Assembly: GCA_965207735.1 (NCBI GenBank)
Contig: OZ242296.1
Location: forward strand, 1,760,001-1,824,000
Direction of reading: 5' to 3'
Source: Candidatus Versatilivorator sp.
GTDB lineage: Bacteria > Acidobacteriota > Terriglobia > Versatilivoradales > Versatilivoraceae
Length of the DNA: 64,000 bases
Positions 1-10,810 of this stretch are shown here, piece after piece (the first letter of the stretch is position 1; each line of letters begins with the position of its first letter). The position numbers and the translations under genes are program-made. Below the pieces are notes generated by a model, which did no database searches, had not been told where the DNA came from, and saw nothing but the letters and a program-made list of their open reading frames with translations.

Positions 1-1082
1 AGATGCTCTCCGATTACGAGACCGATGGCGTCGAGTTGAATCTGACCTCGGCCATGCCCTATTGCCGGTTTAGTGAAGTCGACCGGCTGGCCCCACAGCT
101 CACCCAATGGCTGCGGGACCTGCGCCGAGTGGCCGACCGGGCTCGGGACCGTCAGAAACGTCCCAAGCCGATCTACCTGCGCATTCCGGCTCATCCCGAT
201 GCCTGGAAACTGGTGGGATACGAGGTCGGCCTGTGGGTCTCGGAAAAACTGGTGGACGGGCTCTTCTGCGAGAGCAGCTTCACCGAGGAAGAAGGCGTGG
301 ACCAGGACGTCGATCTGGCCCCGGTGGCGGCCTTGGCACGCGGCACCCAATGCCGGGTTTACTACGCCTTCCACACCAACCTTTATCGGCAATTCGCGCG
401 CAGCGCCACCCCGGCCATGATTTGGGCCGCCGCCGCCAACGCTTACGGCCAGGGCGCCGACGGCTTCGCCATCGCCGACCATGTCTGGGCTCCCAACGGA
501 TGGCCCTGGACCCCGCGGGAGCATGAAGCGCTGCGCCTGCTGGGGCACCCCGAGCTTCTGGCCCAGTCCGACAAGCACTACCTGGTGCGCTCCGACATCC
601 GGGACGAGGCTACGGCCGGCTGGTTGCCCGGAAGGAAGATTCAGCTCCCCAGGGAGCTGGATCCCGGAGAATCCCACCGGGTGACGTTCCGGGTCGCCGA
701 CGACCTACAGCACTGGCGCCGATTGGGGCGGGTCAAGTCCGTGGTGCTGCGAGTCCGTTTCCGGGACATCCTCCCCCACTACGACAGGGTCGAGGTCAAC
801 CTCAACGAGCAGAAGCTGCCCGATTCCATTCTCCGGAAGGTGGACATGACCTACCGGCTGGTGGATCAGCAGTCCAGCACCCATTCCATCACGCCCTACG
901 GCTATGCCTACGACTTCCATCTCGACCCCGCCCGCTACCCCAGGAGAGGCCGAAACCGGTTGAGGGTCAAGCTCCTCAGGCGAGACCCCCACATCGTCGG
1001 CCGGCTGGCCCTGGTGCGGGTCGACTGCCGCATCCAGTATCGACGCCATCGACACTTCGAAGACCAACCCATCGAATATTGA
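1..1082 (+). CDS. Glycoside hydrolase-like (family 10-like TIM barrel) protein with C-terminal beta domain, 5'-truncated by window edge
   Basis: Open frame from the edge; DGVELNL segment resembles the DG(I/V)ELD motif of GHL10-like proteins; typical codon style. Confidence 0.5.
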   Translation, partial: MLSDYETDGVELNLTSAMPYCRFSEVDRLAPQLTQWLRDLRRVADRARDRQKRPKPIYLRIPAHPDAWKLVGYEVGLWVSEKLVDGLFCESSFTEEEGVDQDVDLAPVAALARGTQCRVYYAFHTNLYRQFARSATPAMIWAAAANAYGQGADGFAIADHVWAPNGWPWTPREHEALRLLGHPELLAQSDKHYLVRSDIRDEATAGWLPGRKIQLPRELDPGESHRVTFRVADDLQHWRRLGRVKSVVLRVRFRDILPHYDRVEVNLNEQKLPDSILRKVDMTYRLVDQQSSTHSITPYGYAYDFHLDPARYPRRGRNRLRVKLLRRDPHIVGRLALVRVDCRIQYRRHRHFEDQPIEY

Positions 1083-1107
1083 ACGACTGCGGAAGGATTT
1101 CTGGCGG

Positions 1108-2559
1108 TTACAGGAGGATTGCCTGCGGCACCTCGCCGGCGACATCCGTGAGACGGAAATCGCGCCCGGCGTGGCGGTAGGTGAGCCTGGTGTGGTCCAG
1201 CCCCATCAGGTGGAGCACGGTGGCGTGAAAATCGTTGAAGGTCATCTTGTTTTCCACGGCATACCAGCCGAACTCGTCGGTGGCGCCGTAGCGAATCCCG
1301 GGCTTGATCCCGCCGCCCGCCATCCAGATGGTGAACCCGGTGGGGTTGTGGTCGCGCCCGTCCTTTCCCTGCACCGCGGGTGAGCGCCCGAACTCGGTGC
1401 CGAAGATGACCAGGGTGTCCTCCAGCAACCCGCGGCTCTTGAGGTCCTTGAGCAATCCCGCGATCGGCTTGTCGACCTTGAGGGCGTTCTTCTGGTGATT
1501 CTCCCGCAACTTGGAATGCTGATCCCAGTAGTTTCTGGGATAGCTGTGCGACACCTGCACGAAACGCACTCCCCGCTCGGCCAGGCGCCGGGCCAGCAGG
1601 CACTGGCGCCCATACTCGTCGGTGGGCTCCACTCCGATGCCGTAGAGATCCAGGGTGCGCTTGGACTCCCTGGAGAAATCCAGGGCTTCGGGGGCGTGGC
1701 GCTGCATGCGAAAGGCCAGCTCGAAGGCCTGGATGCGGGCTTCCAGCCGGGCATCGTAAGCGATCGAGCCGAGATGCCGCCGGTTCCAGGCCCCCATCAG
1801 GTCGAGCTGCCGGCGTTGCACCGCGAGGTCCCTCCCCTCGGCCTTCAGATTGGGGATTTTCCCCTGGACGAACTGGGTGGCTCCATCGCCGATCCCCGTT
1901 CCCTGGTAGACCGCGGGCAGAAACGCCGACCCGAAATTCTGACCCCCGCCATGGATGTAGGGAGGCGAAATATTGATAAATCCGGGGAGGTTGTGGTTGT
2001 CGGTTCCCAGGCCGTAGAGGATCCAGGATCCCATGCTCGGCCGGATCAGGATTCCATCCCCGGTGTGGAGCTGCAGGGCGGCGCCGCCGTGAGAGACAAA
2101 GTCGCCCGTCATGGAATGAATCATGCAGAGGTCATCCACACAGGTGGCGATATGGGGGAAGAGAGCGCTCACCGGTTGGCCGCATTCCCCGTACCGGCGG
2201 AATTCCCAGGGAGACTTCAACAGGTTTCCCGTCTCGGCGAAGGTGATCTCGGGCTTGGGAAACGGCAAGGGCTTACCGTTCATCTCCGTCAGCTTGGGCT
2301 TGGGATCGAAGGTGTCGATGTGGGAGACGCCGCCATGCAGAAACAGGAAGATGACCCGCTTGGCCCTGGGTCGGAAATGGGTTGGCTTCGGCCCGAGAGG
2401 ATTGAGATCCCGAGATGGAGTCTGCGCGTCCCGAGCCTCCAGCGAGGACAATCCGGCGAAGGCCAGGTACCCGAAGCCGCAGGCGGCCCGACGCAACAGA
2501 TCGCGCCGGGAAAGCGGTCCGGGCTGGAAAGCCGGGGGGACTGTCGAAGGGTCGCTCAT
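1108..2559 (-). CDS. DUF1501 family protein (Tat-like signal)
   Basis: SRRDLL; AKRVIFLFLHGGVSHIDTFDPKP; LLARRLAERGVRFV; TEFGRSP; GRDHNP; start placed at ATG 2559. Confidence 0.92.
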   Translation of the reverse strand: MSDPSTVPPAFQPGPLSRRDLLRRAACGFGYLAFAGLSSLEARDAQTPSRDLNPLGPKPTHFRPRAKRVIFLFLHGGVSHIDTFDPKPKLTEMNGKPLPFPKPEITFAETGNLLKSPWEFRRYGECGQPVSALFPHIATCVDDLCMIHSMTGDFVSHGGAALQLHTGDGILIRPSMGSWILYGLGTDNHNLPGFINISPPYIHGGGQNFGSAFLPAVYQGTGIGDGATQFVQGKIPNLKAEGRDLAVQRRQLDLMGAWNRRHLGSIAYDARLEARIQAFELAFRMQRHAPEALDFSRESKRTLDLYGIGVEPTDEYGRQCLLARRLAERGVRFVQVSHSYPRNYWDQHSKLRENHQKNALKVDKPIAGLLKDLKSRGLLEDTLVIFGTEFGRSPAVQGKDGRDHNPTGFTIWMAGGGIKPGIRYGATDEFGWYAVENKMTFNDFHATVLHLMGLDHTRLTYRHAGRDFRLTDVAGEVPQAILL

Positions 2560-2591
2560 GCCGGTAATTTCGAGAAGAAAAAGCTCCGTTC

Positions 2592-5500
2592 TCACTCAAT
2601 ATACATGAATTCATTGAGGCCGAACAGTAGCTGGCAATAACTGGCCCAGGCCTCCTGCCGGCCCTCCGCGCCCTCGGCCTCGCCCGAGCCCCGTGTCCGA
2701 GAGTAGGCTGCCAGGTAGGCCAGTGCTTGCTCGGTCTCCCGGTCGGAGGGGGGGCGGGCCAAAACCTTACGATGGGCCAGCTCCACCCGTTTCCGGTCAT
2801 CGGCGCCCTCCCGGGAGAGCAGGTTCTCAGCGAAATGGCGAGCCTGCTCCAGCACGAAAGGGCTATTCAAAAGGAACAGTGCCTGCGGAGCCACGGTGGA
2901 GTCGCCGCGCCTGCTGGTTACGGCGTTGGAACCGGCAAAGTCGAAGAGCTGGAACATGGGAAAGATCTGATTCCGGACCACCGGGAGGTAGAGGCTGCGG
3001 CGCCCGCTCCGGTAGGCGTCGAAGCCATAGCCCCCCTTCCCCGCCGAGAACAGGCCGCGGTAGTAGTCGTCCACCGCGGACTTGCCCTTGTAGTCGAAGA
3101 TGGACCCGCCCATGGCCCGCTCCAGCCTGCCGCTGAGGGCCAAGATGGCATCGCGCAGGGCTTCCGCCTCCAGGCGGCGGCGCGGGAACCTCCAGAGCAG
3201 GCGGTTGCCGGCATCCGCAACCTCGGCGGCGGGGTTGGAAACGCCGCTCTGCATCCGGTAGACGCTGGAGTTCAGGATCAGCCGGTGCAACTGCTTGACG
3301 GACCATCCCGACTCCATGAAATAGGCCGCCAATCGATCCAGCAACTCCGGATGAGAGGGCCGCTCCCCCAGGGTTCCGAAGTTGTCGCTGCTGGCCACCA
3401 GGCCGGTTCCGAAATGCCACTGCCAGATCCGGTTGACCATCACCCGCGCCGTCAGGGGGTTGTCGGGGCGGGCAATGAACCGCGCCAGCTCCAGGCGGCC
3501 GCTCTGGTCGCTGTCGACGATCCCGTTATGACCCCGATCCAGGATCTGAAGAAAACGACGGGGGACCAACTTGCCGGGATTGTGGTGGTTTCCGCGGACC
3601 AGGATCCGCATGGGAGCCGCGCCTCCATCCTTGACCGCCATCACCGTCAGCGGGTCCCGCGGCGGTCTGGAACAGTCCCCGGCCGCAAACACTTCCACTT
3701 CCGCCATATGCAGATAGGAGGTCTCTTCTTCCCGGGGCCCCAGCAGTTCCACCCGCACGATCCGGCCGGTGGTTCCCGGGGGCGGACAAATGCGAAATCC
3801 CTCGGCCGGGGTCGGAAACTCCTCGGCATCCGGACCCTCGGGGAAAAAGGTCTGATTCCACACCTCCTGTCGCTGGTCGGTCAGCACCGAGACCCGAAAG
3901 TTGGAAAGGCGCTTGAATTCGGCATCCACGCGATTCCACAAGACCACCATGCCTATGGGACCGCTTTCGGCCAGCTTCACCTCCCACCAGGGGCTGGCGT
4001 CTCCCTCGTCGGTCTCCTGGCGGTTGTTGAAGACCCCGTCGATCGCCTTGTCGGGGGTGGCCTCGCACCTGGTGCTGGACTGGCTGGCCTCGCCCAAGGG
4101 AGCCAGGCTGGGCGCGGGAGCGGGAAACCGTTCCGGGTACCGCTTGCGCAGCTCGCTCATCAGGGGCCATTCCTGCCACTTGGAGGCGAACTCCAGATCG
4201 GCCATGGTCCGGGTGCCCTTGAAGATGGCGGCCAGGGAGTAGTAGTCGGCGGTGGGGATGGGGTCGAACTTGTGGTCGTGGCAGCGGCTGCAGGCCAGGG
4301 TCAGGCCCAGGAAGGTGCGCCCTGTAACGTCGATCTGCTCATCGGCCACGTCCAGAATGAACTTCTTCTTGTCCTGCTCCGCCAGGGCCTTGGGACCCAG
4401 CACCAGGAACCCGGTAGCCACCATCCGGTCGCGGAAGGCCCGCCAGTCGGCGTCTCCCGAAAGGAGGTCGCCGGCAAGCTGCTCCAGAATGAATCGATCG
4501 TAGGGCTTGTCCTGGTTGAAGGCCCGCACCACGTAATCGCGGTAGCGGTAGGCATAGCGCATGATGTAGTTGCCGTCATGGGCGGTGGTGTCGGCATAGC
4601 GGACCACGTCCAGCCAGTGGCGGGCCCAGCGCTCGCCGTAGTGCGGCGAGTCCAGCAGGCGCTCCACCAGGTTCTCGTAGGCCTGGGGCAAGGGGTCATT
4701 GACAAAGGCTTCGACCTCCACGGGCTCCGGAGGCAGACCCAGCAGGTTGAAGTAAAGCCGGCGAATCAGTCTCCGGCGGTCCGCGGCGGGAGCCGGCCGC
4801 AGACCCTCGGCCTCCAGCTTGGCCAGGATGAACCGGTCCAGCCAGGTGCGGGGCCACGCCCGGTCCTCTACTGCCGGAGGCTCGCTGAGAGTCACGGGCT
4901 GGAAGGCCCAAAAGGATTTTTCTTCCTCGGTGAACTCGGCAACGGTCTCCGCCGGGTTCCAGGGAAGCAGGATGTCGTATTTTTCCCCCAGGTAGGCCTC
5001 CACCGACCGCCGCTCCGCCTCGGTGCGGGCGGTGTCGTAGAGAATCACTTCCGCCAGGTCGCCGCGGAACGAGATCCGGCCGGCGGTAACCTGGTTCAGC
5101 AGGGCCTGGACAGCCGGAAAACCCTCCGACTCTCGCCCGTTGAGGTACAAGCGGGTAGCGCCGTCCCCGATCCCCGGGTGGCGGGTCATGGCGATGATCC
5201 AGGGGCGGTTGCCGCCCGGCACGGCGCCGCTCCCCCCTGCCCCGCCAGTCCTGTCTACGGGTTCAAACCGGGCCACCGCAAGAACGGTCCCGACAGCATC
5301 CGAATCCTTGGCAAGAAGGACATCCGGACCCAGCAGTCGGCTCCGTCCCTCGAACCTGAGGGCCGGCTTGCCGTGCACCCGGCTTTCGGCAATCCATTCC
5401 GGCGCCGCGGCGCCGTCCGGCAGCTCCTCCGCGGCGGCAACCTTCCAGTGGTTGCCGCGCCCGCTGGCATCCTGCCAGGCCTTGAGGGTCTCGTCCTCCT

Positions 5501-5990
5501 TGAGCTGGATGGCGTCGGCCTTCAGCCAGACCTGCAGCTTGGCCTCCAACTCAGCGTCAGCGGGGGAGCGCGCGACCACGCCGCTCTGCCGCTCCATTGC
5601 CTGCTTGCGGACAGCCCGGGGCCGTGGCCAGACGGCGCCGTCTCGGACCCACTGCTCCAGGGCCGTGATCCGACTCTCCGACAGAGGTCCGGTGGGAGGC
5701 ATCTGCAGGTCCCCGGCACCCCGCACCAGCTGGATGAGGCGACTCCGATCCACCTTCCCCGGCACCACCGCCGGACCCGACTGACCCCCCTGACGCAGAA
5801 ACTCGGCCGAATCCAGGCGCAGCCCTCCCTGCTGCAGCCTGGGCCCGTGGCACACCTGGCAGTGCTCCACCAGCAGGGGGCGGATCTGCTTCTCGAAGAA
5901 TTCGATCCGGGCAGGATCGGATTCTTGACCCGAGGCGGCGACCGTGACCGCCGCCATCAGGAAGGGCAGGAGAAGGAAACGAATCAGCAT
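2592..5990 (-). CDS. PSD1 / planctomycete cytochrome c protein (PSCyt1 + DUF1549 + DUF1553) with inserted LamG-like and F5/8-like domains
   Basis: FFEKQIRPLL..CQVCH; GERWARHWLDVVRYAD; CSRCHDHKFDP; ARVMVNRIWQWHFG; PSHPELLD; RRLEAEALRD; insert PWWEVKL..LWNR..LHMAEVEVF. Confidence 0.92.
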   Translation of the reverse strand: MLIRFLLLPFLMAAVTVAASGQESDPARIEFFEKQIRPLLVEHCQVCHGPRLQQGGLRLDSAEFLRQGGQSGPAVVPGKVDRSRLIQLVRGAGDLQMPPTGPLSESRITALEQWVRDGAVWPRPRAVRKQAMERQSGVVARSPADAELEAKLQVWLKADAIQLKEDETLKAWQDASGRGNHWKVAAAEELPDGAAAPEWIAESRVHGKPALRFEGRSRLLGPDVLLAKDSDAVGTVLAVARFEPVDRTGGAGGSGAVPGGNRPWIIAMTRHPGIGDGATRLYLNGRESEGFPAVQALLNQVTAGRISFRGDLAEVILYDTARTEAERRSVEAYLGEKYDILLPWNPAETVAEFTEEEKSFWAFQPVTLSEPPAVEDRAWPRTWLDRFILAKLEAEGLRPAPAADRRRLIRRLYFNLLGLPPEPVEVEAFVNDPLPQAYENLVERLLDSPHYGERWARHWLDVVRYADTTAHDGNYIMRYAYRYRDYVVRAFNQDKPYDRFILEQLAGDLLSGDADWRAFRDRMVATGFLVLGPKALAEQDKKKFILDVADEQIDVTGRTFLGLTLACSRCHDHKFDPIPTADYYSLAAIFKGTRTMADLEFASKWQEWPLMSELRKRYPERFPAPAPSLAPLGEASQSSTRCEATPDKAIDGVFNNRQETDEGDASPWWEVKLAESGPIGMVVLWNRVDAEFKRLSNFRVSVLTDQRQEVWNQTFFPEGPDAEEFPTPAEGFRICPPPGTTGRIVRVELLGPREEETSYLHMAEVEVFAAGDCSRPPRDPLTVMAVKDGGAAPMRILVRGNHHNPGKLVPRRFLQILDRGHNGIVDSDQSGRLELARFIARPDNPLTARVMVNRIWQWHFGTGLVASSDNFGTLGERPSHPELLDRLAAYFMESGWSVKQLHRLILNSSVYRMQSGVSNPAAEVADAGNRLLWRFPRRRLEAEALRDAILALSGRLERAMGGSIFDYKGKSAVDDYYRGLFSAGKGGYGFDAYRSGRRSLYLPVVRNQIFPMFQLFDFAGSNAVTSRRGDSTVAPQALFLLNSPFVLEQARHFAENLLSREGADDRKRVELAHRKVLARPPSDRETEQALAYLAAYSRTRGSGEAEGAEGRQEAWASYCQLLFGLNEFMYIE

Positions 5991-6182
5991 GGCGATTCCC
6001 TAACCGAAAATGGATGAATGCTGTCGCCGTTGTGCAACTCAACCCGAACCCCGGGTAGCAACCGGAGCCCCAGCTTGGGCGGCAATGCGGGGGAGTGGCG
6101 CCCGCTCCCCAAAACCGCCTGAAACAAACCCGTCGCCGGGTGGCGGGAGACCGGTTCAAAGTCACGCATGAGTAGATTGTCT

Positions 6183-6420
6183 ATTAACATCGATGCACAG
6201 GATGCACAGGATTTTTTCTGGAAACGGCTGGCTTGTAGTCCTCGACATCCGTATCGCTTTGGGTAAAGCGTTTGAATTCGAGAAAGGGTGCAGGCCGGCT
6301 TTCAGAGAAGTCGCCCGCCGGATGCCCCCACCTCGCCATCGGGAGGACACCCCCCGGGAGCGCGGGCGTCCCGCCCTCATCCTCTCCCTTTCGTGCCAAT
6401 TCGTGTCCATTGGTGGTTTT
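6183..6420. repeat. Composite intergenic repeat: half of module B + module E (REP-like GC motif) + ttcgtgtccattggtggtt motif
   Basis: attaacatcgatgcacaggatgcacaggatt matches 43020 and 63113; 6297-6418 matches parts of 56669-56852. Confidence 0.85.
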
Positions 6421-6550
6421 TTTCCTCTATGCCTTTCGGTCTCAGGCGTGGCCTCACCAGGTATTTTATACCAAAGCAGGCTTCCATCCCGATGTGTGGC
6501 GATCTCGGAGAGGGCGGCGCAACTGCAGTTGGCGCAGCTCAACCCGCTTT

Positions 6551-7999
6551 TTAGGGTGATACTCGGGCACAGACCAATTCCTTTTGGCTGCGAACGTAGA
6601 CGTCCTGGCCGGAAAAGGCCGGGTGAGCCCAAACAGGCGCGTCGCCCCCTTCGATGATCTTTACCCGCCCCCGGTCTTCGAACCCTTCAGGAGTCAGGTT
6701 CAGCAAGACCAGTTCACCCACGGCGTTGACGGCCACGGCCGATCCCCCGCCATTGGTGCCGGAACGGCCTTCCCCTGCCCATACCAGCGCCGCGTGGGGG
6801 TTCCGCCCCCTGGGGGTCAGGCGGTGCTCGTCGGACCAGACCACCTTCCCGCTGGGCCAATGGATGCACAGCAGGCCGTCCCGCTTGTCCAGAACGTAGA
6901 GGTGATCTCCGGACCAGAGCGGCGTCGACATCAGGCAGCTCAACCTGCGTGACCGCCACAGCTCCTCAGGACCGTGACCGTACTGCAAGCTGCAGGCCAG
7001 GGCTCCGTCCCAGTAACCCGACACGAACAACCGGCTACCGTCGAACACCGGTGAAATGATGGCCACGTCATAGCTGCTGGTTCGGAAGGGCACCCCCCAG
7101 ATTTCCTCTCCCGTCCGCGGGTCGAGAGCCACCAGGCGATCGGCCGTCCACACCAAAAGCTGCTCGGTTGATCCGACCCGGGCCATGACCGGCGAGGAAT
7201 ACCCGGGGCGATCCTCCAGGGCGCGCCAGCGCTCCCTGCCGGTCCGGCGGTCCAGGGCCACCACGGTGGCGCCGGGCTCCCCTCCGGCCTGCAGGTAGAC
7301 CAGGTCCCTAACCACCAGAGGCGAGGCGGAGTGTCCCCAGACAGGTTGTTTCCCGCCGAAGCGTTTCTGAAGATCCAGGCTCCAGCGCGGCTTGCCGTCT
7401 GAAAGGCGGAGACAGGAGACCCGACCGACGGCCCCCAGGGTAAAGACCTCTCCGCCATCGACCGCGGGGGTGGCCCGCGGCCCCTTGCCCCAATCCAGGT
7501 CCCCGTAAGGCGCCGGATAACCGTGGGTCCACAGCAGGGAGCCGTCTTTCCGGTTCAGACAGACCACCCGTTCCTCTTCCCCGGTCCCTGCCCGGTCCAT
7601 GGTCAGCACCCGATCTCCGGTTACCACCACACCCGAAAACCCGCCGCCGACTTCCGTGCTCCAGAGCTTCTTGACCGCACCCGGTTCCAGCCGCCTCGGC
7701 AGTTGGACCGAGGACCACACCCCGGCCCGGCCGGGACCCCGCCACTGAGGCCAATCCCGGGAATCTTCGGCCGAGATCGACAGGCCCCGGCCCAAGACAA
7801 GCACCGCGAACCATCCGGCTGCAAGGACCAGACCCAACTTTCGCCGGCTCCACCTCGGACGGGCCAAGGCCAAGCGCCGCCGAAACGGCTGCCGCAATCC
7901 GAACCCGCCAAAGGTGGGAAGACGGCAGATACTTGGGACTGAGAGGAAGGTCTTCATCCGTGGACACGGCTCCCGGCAGGATTTCGGGACGAGGCTCAT
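6551..7999 (-). CDS. PQQ-binding-like beta-propeller repeat protein (BamB-like); true start probably downstream
   Basis: DWPQWRGPGRAG; GPRATP; GYSSPV; VWAHPAFS..VYVRSQKELVC. Confidence 0.85.
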   Translation of the reverse strand: MSLVPKSCREPCPRMKTFLSVPSICRLPTFGGFGLRQPFRRRLALARPRWSRRKLGLVLAAGWFAVLVLGRGLSISAEDSRDWPQWRGPGRAGVWSSVQLPRRLEPGAVKKLWSTEVGGGFSGVVVTGDRVLTMDRAGTGEEERVVCLNRKDGSLLWTHGYPAPYGDLDWGKGPRATPAVDGGEVFTLGAVGRVSCLRLSDGKPRWSLDLQKRFGGKQPVWGHSASPLVVRDLVYLQAGGEPGATVVALDRRTGRERWRALEDRPGYSSPVMARVGSTEQLLVWTADRLVALDPRTGEEIWGVPFRTSSYDVAIISPVFDGSRLFVSGYWDGALACSLQYGHGPEELWRSRRLSCLMSTPLWSGDHLYVLDKRDGLLCIHWPSGKVVWSDEHRLTPRGRNPHAALVWAGEGRSGTNGGGSAVAVNAVGELVLLNLTPEGFEDRGRVKIIEGGDAPVWAHPAFSGQDVYVRSQKELVCARVSP

Positions 8000-8085
8000 G
8001 CTATTTCAGTTCAAAATGGAAAGCAACGGGTTGAAACCATCCCGGGGAGGCGCGAAAATCTTGTGACGCCAGAGTCGTAGGGTAT

Positions 8086-8217
8086 ACCGGTTTTCTACGT
8101 ATCGAACATGGACGCACAGAATAGACAGGACAAACAGCTTTTCTTAGTGGCCCTTCGTGGCCCTTCGTGGTCCTTCGTGTAACTTCGTGGATAACTCTCT
8201 TTTCTTTTGTTTCAAAA
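8086..8217 (-). repeat. Composite repeat: module F / B end + A-type (ccttcgtgg)n end
   Basis: Reverse complement of 8086-8138 matches 56882-56935; ttagtggcccttcgtgg..cttcgtggataactctcttttcttttg matches the unit A end. Confidence 0.8.
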
Positions 8218-8218
8218 A

Positions 8219-10810
8219 ATGCTGAAACCCAACCCTCTTTACCGCCTGTCGAGGTTGACTGCCATCTTGCTGCAGGTCGTGGCGCTACAGGTATTTGCTC
8301 AGCAGACTGACAGCCAGGAAGAACAAGCTCAATCGGAACAGAAGGAGGAAGAATCCGAGCTCCTCGAAGTCATCACGGAGGAGATCGTCGTCATCGGCAG
8401 TCGCGCCAAGCCGCGCTCGGTCACGAAGTCAATGGTGCCGGTGGACGTCATTACCTCTCAGGACTTCAGCAGCCAGGGAGATGCCGACTTGAGCAACCTG
8501 CTGCGTACGCTGGCGCCGTCCTACAACGTCAACACCCAACCCATCAGCGACGCCTCCACCATCGTGCGACCGCTCAGCCTGCGAAACCTGGCCCCCGACC
8601 ACACCCTGGTGCTGGTCAACGGCAAACGGCGCCATCGCGCGGCCGTCATCCACTGGGGTGGGAACGGCCTGGCCACTGGCGCCCAAGGCCCGGACCTTTC
8701 GGTGATTCCCGCCATCGCTCTACGCCAGGTCGAGGTGCTGCGTGATGGCGCTTCCGCTCAGTACGGTTCGGATGCCATTGCGGGTGTGATGAACTTCCAA
8801 CTCAAGGACGCCCGCGAGGGTGGCGCCGTTGAGGTGCGAACCGGCGCCTACGCCGCCGGTGACGGCGAAAGCTGGAGCGTCGCCGGCAACATGGGTCTAC
8901 CTTGGGGCCAATTCGGCTTTCTGAATCTCAGCGGTGAGTTCACCACCAGCAAACCGACCGACCGCAGCCTGCAGCGGGCCGATGCCGCAGCGCTGATTTC
9001 CCGGGGAAACACCAACGTTCGCAACCCGGCCCAGATCTGGGGTTCACCCGACATCGACGACGATGTCAAGCTGTGGGCCAATTTTGGGAACGTGTTCGGA
9101 AGCACGCAGTTTTACGGTCATGCCAACTATGCCGGGAAGAAAGTTACCGGCGGCTTCTTCTTCCGCAATCCCAATACACGCGGTGGCGTGTTCAGCACCG
9201 ATGGCGGCCAGACGCTCCTCATCGGCGACCTGCTGGACGCGACCGACGGCGTGCTCGACGGCTCGGCCGGCTGCCCCGAGGTTCGCGTCGTCGACCACGT
9301 GCCGGATCCGGCGGCGCTCAAGAGAGTCTTGGAAGACCCCAACTGCTTCTCCTTCCAGGAGCGCTTTCCCGGAGGCTTCACCCCCCAATTCGGTGGCGAG
9401 ACGCTGGATGCCTCACTGGTGGGCGGCTTCCGCGGCCAGGCCGGAAACGATATCGACTGGGACGTCAGCCTCAGCGCCGGCAGCAACGAAGCCGACTTCT
9501 TCATCTTCCACACGGTGAATGCGTCGCTCGGACCCGACTCGCCCACCGATTTCGACCCCGGCAAGTACACCCAGAGGGAGCTGAACTTCAACCTCGACCT
9601 TTCCTACGCGCTGAGCCGCAAAACCAACCTGGCCGGTGGCTTCGAATGGCGCAATGAACAGTTCGAGATCGGCATCGGCCAGCTCGACTCGTTCCGAATC
9701 GGCCCCCTGGCTCCCCAGGGATTCAGCGCTACCTCCAATGGCTTTCCCGGCTTCAGCGACATTGCGGCCGGCAAATGGAATCGATCCAACTATGCCGTCT
9801 ACGGTGACCTCGAGTTCCAGGGAGACGACGATGCCTGGACTGCCGGCGGCGCGCTGCGCTTTGAGGATTTCCAGGGTTTCGGTGGAACCTTGAATGGCAA
9901 GGTCGCGGCTCGTCTCCGACTGGTAGAGGCCTTCTCCCTGCGTAGCAGTCTGAGCACCGGCTTCCGTGCTCCCACACCCGGACAGTCGAACGCGTTCAAC
10001 GTATCGACCCAATTCGATCTTGCGCTCATGGATTTGGTCAACAACGGAACCATTCCGTCAACCTCTGCAGTCGCCGGGCTGAGAGGCGGCAATCCCCTGC
10101 AACCGGAGAGGTCGCGGAATTTCGCCTTGGGCGGAATCCTGGAACGGGGACCGTTCACACTGACCGCGGACCTCTTCCGCATCGACGTGGACGATCGCCT
10201 GGCCTTGACTCAGCTTTTCAGTTTGAGGGCGGAGGAGGTTGACGACCTGGTCGCCGAAGGAGTCACCAGCGCCTCCAACCTGCAAAACTTCCGCTTTTTC
10301 ACCAACGACTTCGCAACCAGGACCGCCGGACTGGATATGATCGCGACATGGACCCCACCACGGCTGGGCGGGCGCACCGACTTCAGCTTTCTTCTGAATC
10401 ACACCGATACGAAGGTGACGGACTTCAATCCCGACACCCTCAGCCAAAGGCGGCTTCGTTCGCTGGAGGAAGAACTTCCGGAGACCCGGTACAGCTTCAC
10501 CGTCAACCACAAGGCGCGGGAGGACAAACTGCGGCTACTCGGCAGGTTCAGCTATTACAGCAGTTGGTTCGACTTCGACAACTCACACACGTCGGCAGGA
10601 AAACACCTGCTGGATCTGGAGTTGGCCTACTCCTTCAGACGGAACATCACTTTTGCAATCGGCGGCCGGAACGTCTTTAACACCTACCCGGACGAAAACC
10701 CGATAGCACTGAGCGTCGGCGAGCGGTACAGCGAGTACTCCCCCTTCGGATTCAACGGCGCCTACTACTACGCCCGTCTCAGCTATTCCTTCGGTTCCGC
10801 TTTCAGATAG
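8219..10810 (+). CDS. TonB-dependent receptor
   Basis: TonB box EEIVVIGSR; plug LRNLAPDHTLVLVNGKRRH; VEVLRDGASAQYGSDAIAGVMN; C-terminal GAYYYARLSYSF. Confidence 0.95.
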   Translation: MLKPNPLYRLSRLTAILLQVVALQVFAQQTDSQEEQAQSEQKEEESELLEVITEEIVVIGSRAKPRSVTKSMVPVDVITSQDFSSQGDADLSNLLRTLAPSYNVNTQPISDASTIVRPLSLRNLAPDHTLVLVNGKRRHRAAVIHWGGNGLATGAQGPDLSVIPAIALRQVEVLRDGASAQYGSDAIAGVMNFQLKDAREGGAVEVRTGAYAAGDGESWSVAGNMGLPWGQFGFLNLSGEFTTSKPTDRSLQRADAAALISRGNTNVRNPAQIWGSPDIDDDVKLWANFGNVFGSTQFYGHANYAGKKVTGGFFFRNPNTRGGVFSTDGGQTLLIGDLLDATDGVLDGSAGCPEVRVVDHVPDPAALKRVLEDPNCFSFQERFPGGFTPQFGGETLDASLVGGFRGQAGNDIDWDVSLSAGSNEADFFIFHTVNASLGPDSPTDFDPGKYTQRELNFNLDLSYALSRKTNLAGGFEWRNEQFEIGIGQLDSFRIGPLAPQGFSATSNGFPGFSDIAAGKWNRSNYAVYGDLEFQGDDDAWTAGGALRFEDFQGFGGTLNGKVAARLRLVEAFSLRSSLSTGFRAPTPGQSNAFNVSTQFDLALMDLVNNGTIPSTSAVAGLRGGNPLQPERSRNFALGGILERGPFTLTADLFRIDVDDRLALTQLFSLRAEEVDDLVAEGVTSASNLQNFRFFTNDFATRTAGLDMIATWTPPRLGGRTDFSFLLNHTDTKVTDFNPDTLSQRRLRSLEEELPETRYSFTVNHKAREDKLRLLGRFSYYSSWFDFDNSHTSAGKHLLDLELAYSFRRNITFAIGGRNVFNTYPDENPIALSVGERYSEYSPFGFNGAYYYARLSYSFGSAFR

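Noticed and set aside
2727-6017. 1096-aa plus-strand ORF and similar long antisense ORFs (34144-36396, 38362-39909, 40568-42433, 50199-51902)
   Set aside because: Shadow frames of well-supported genes in high-GC DNA; no motifs.
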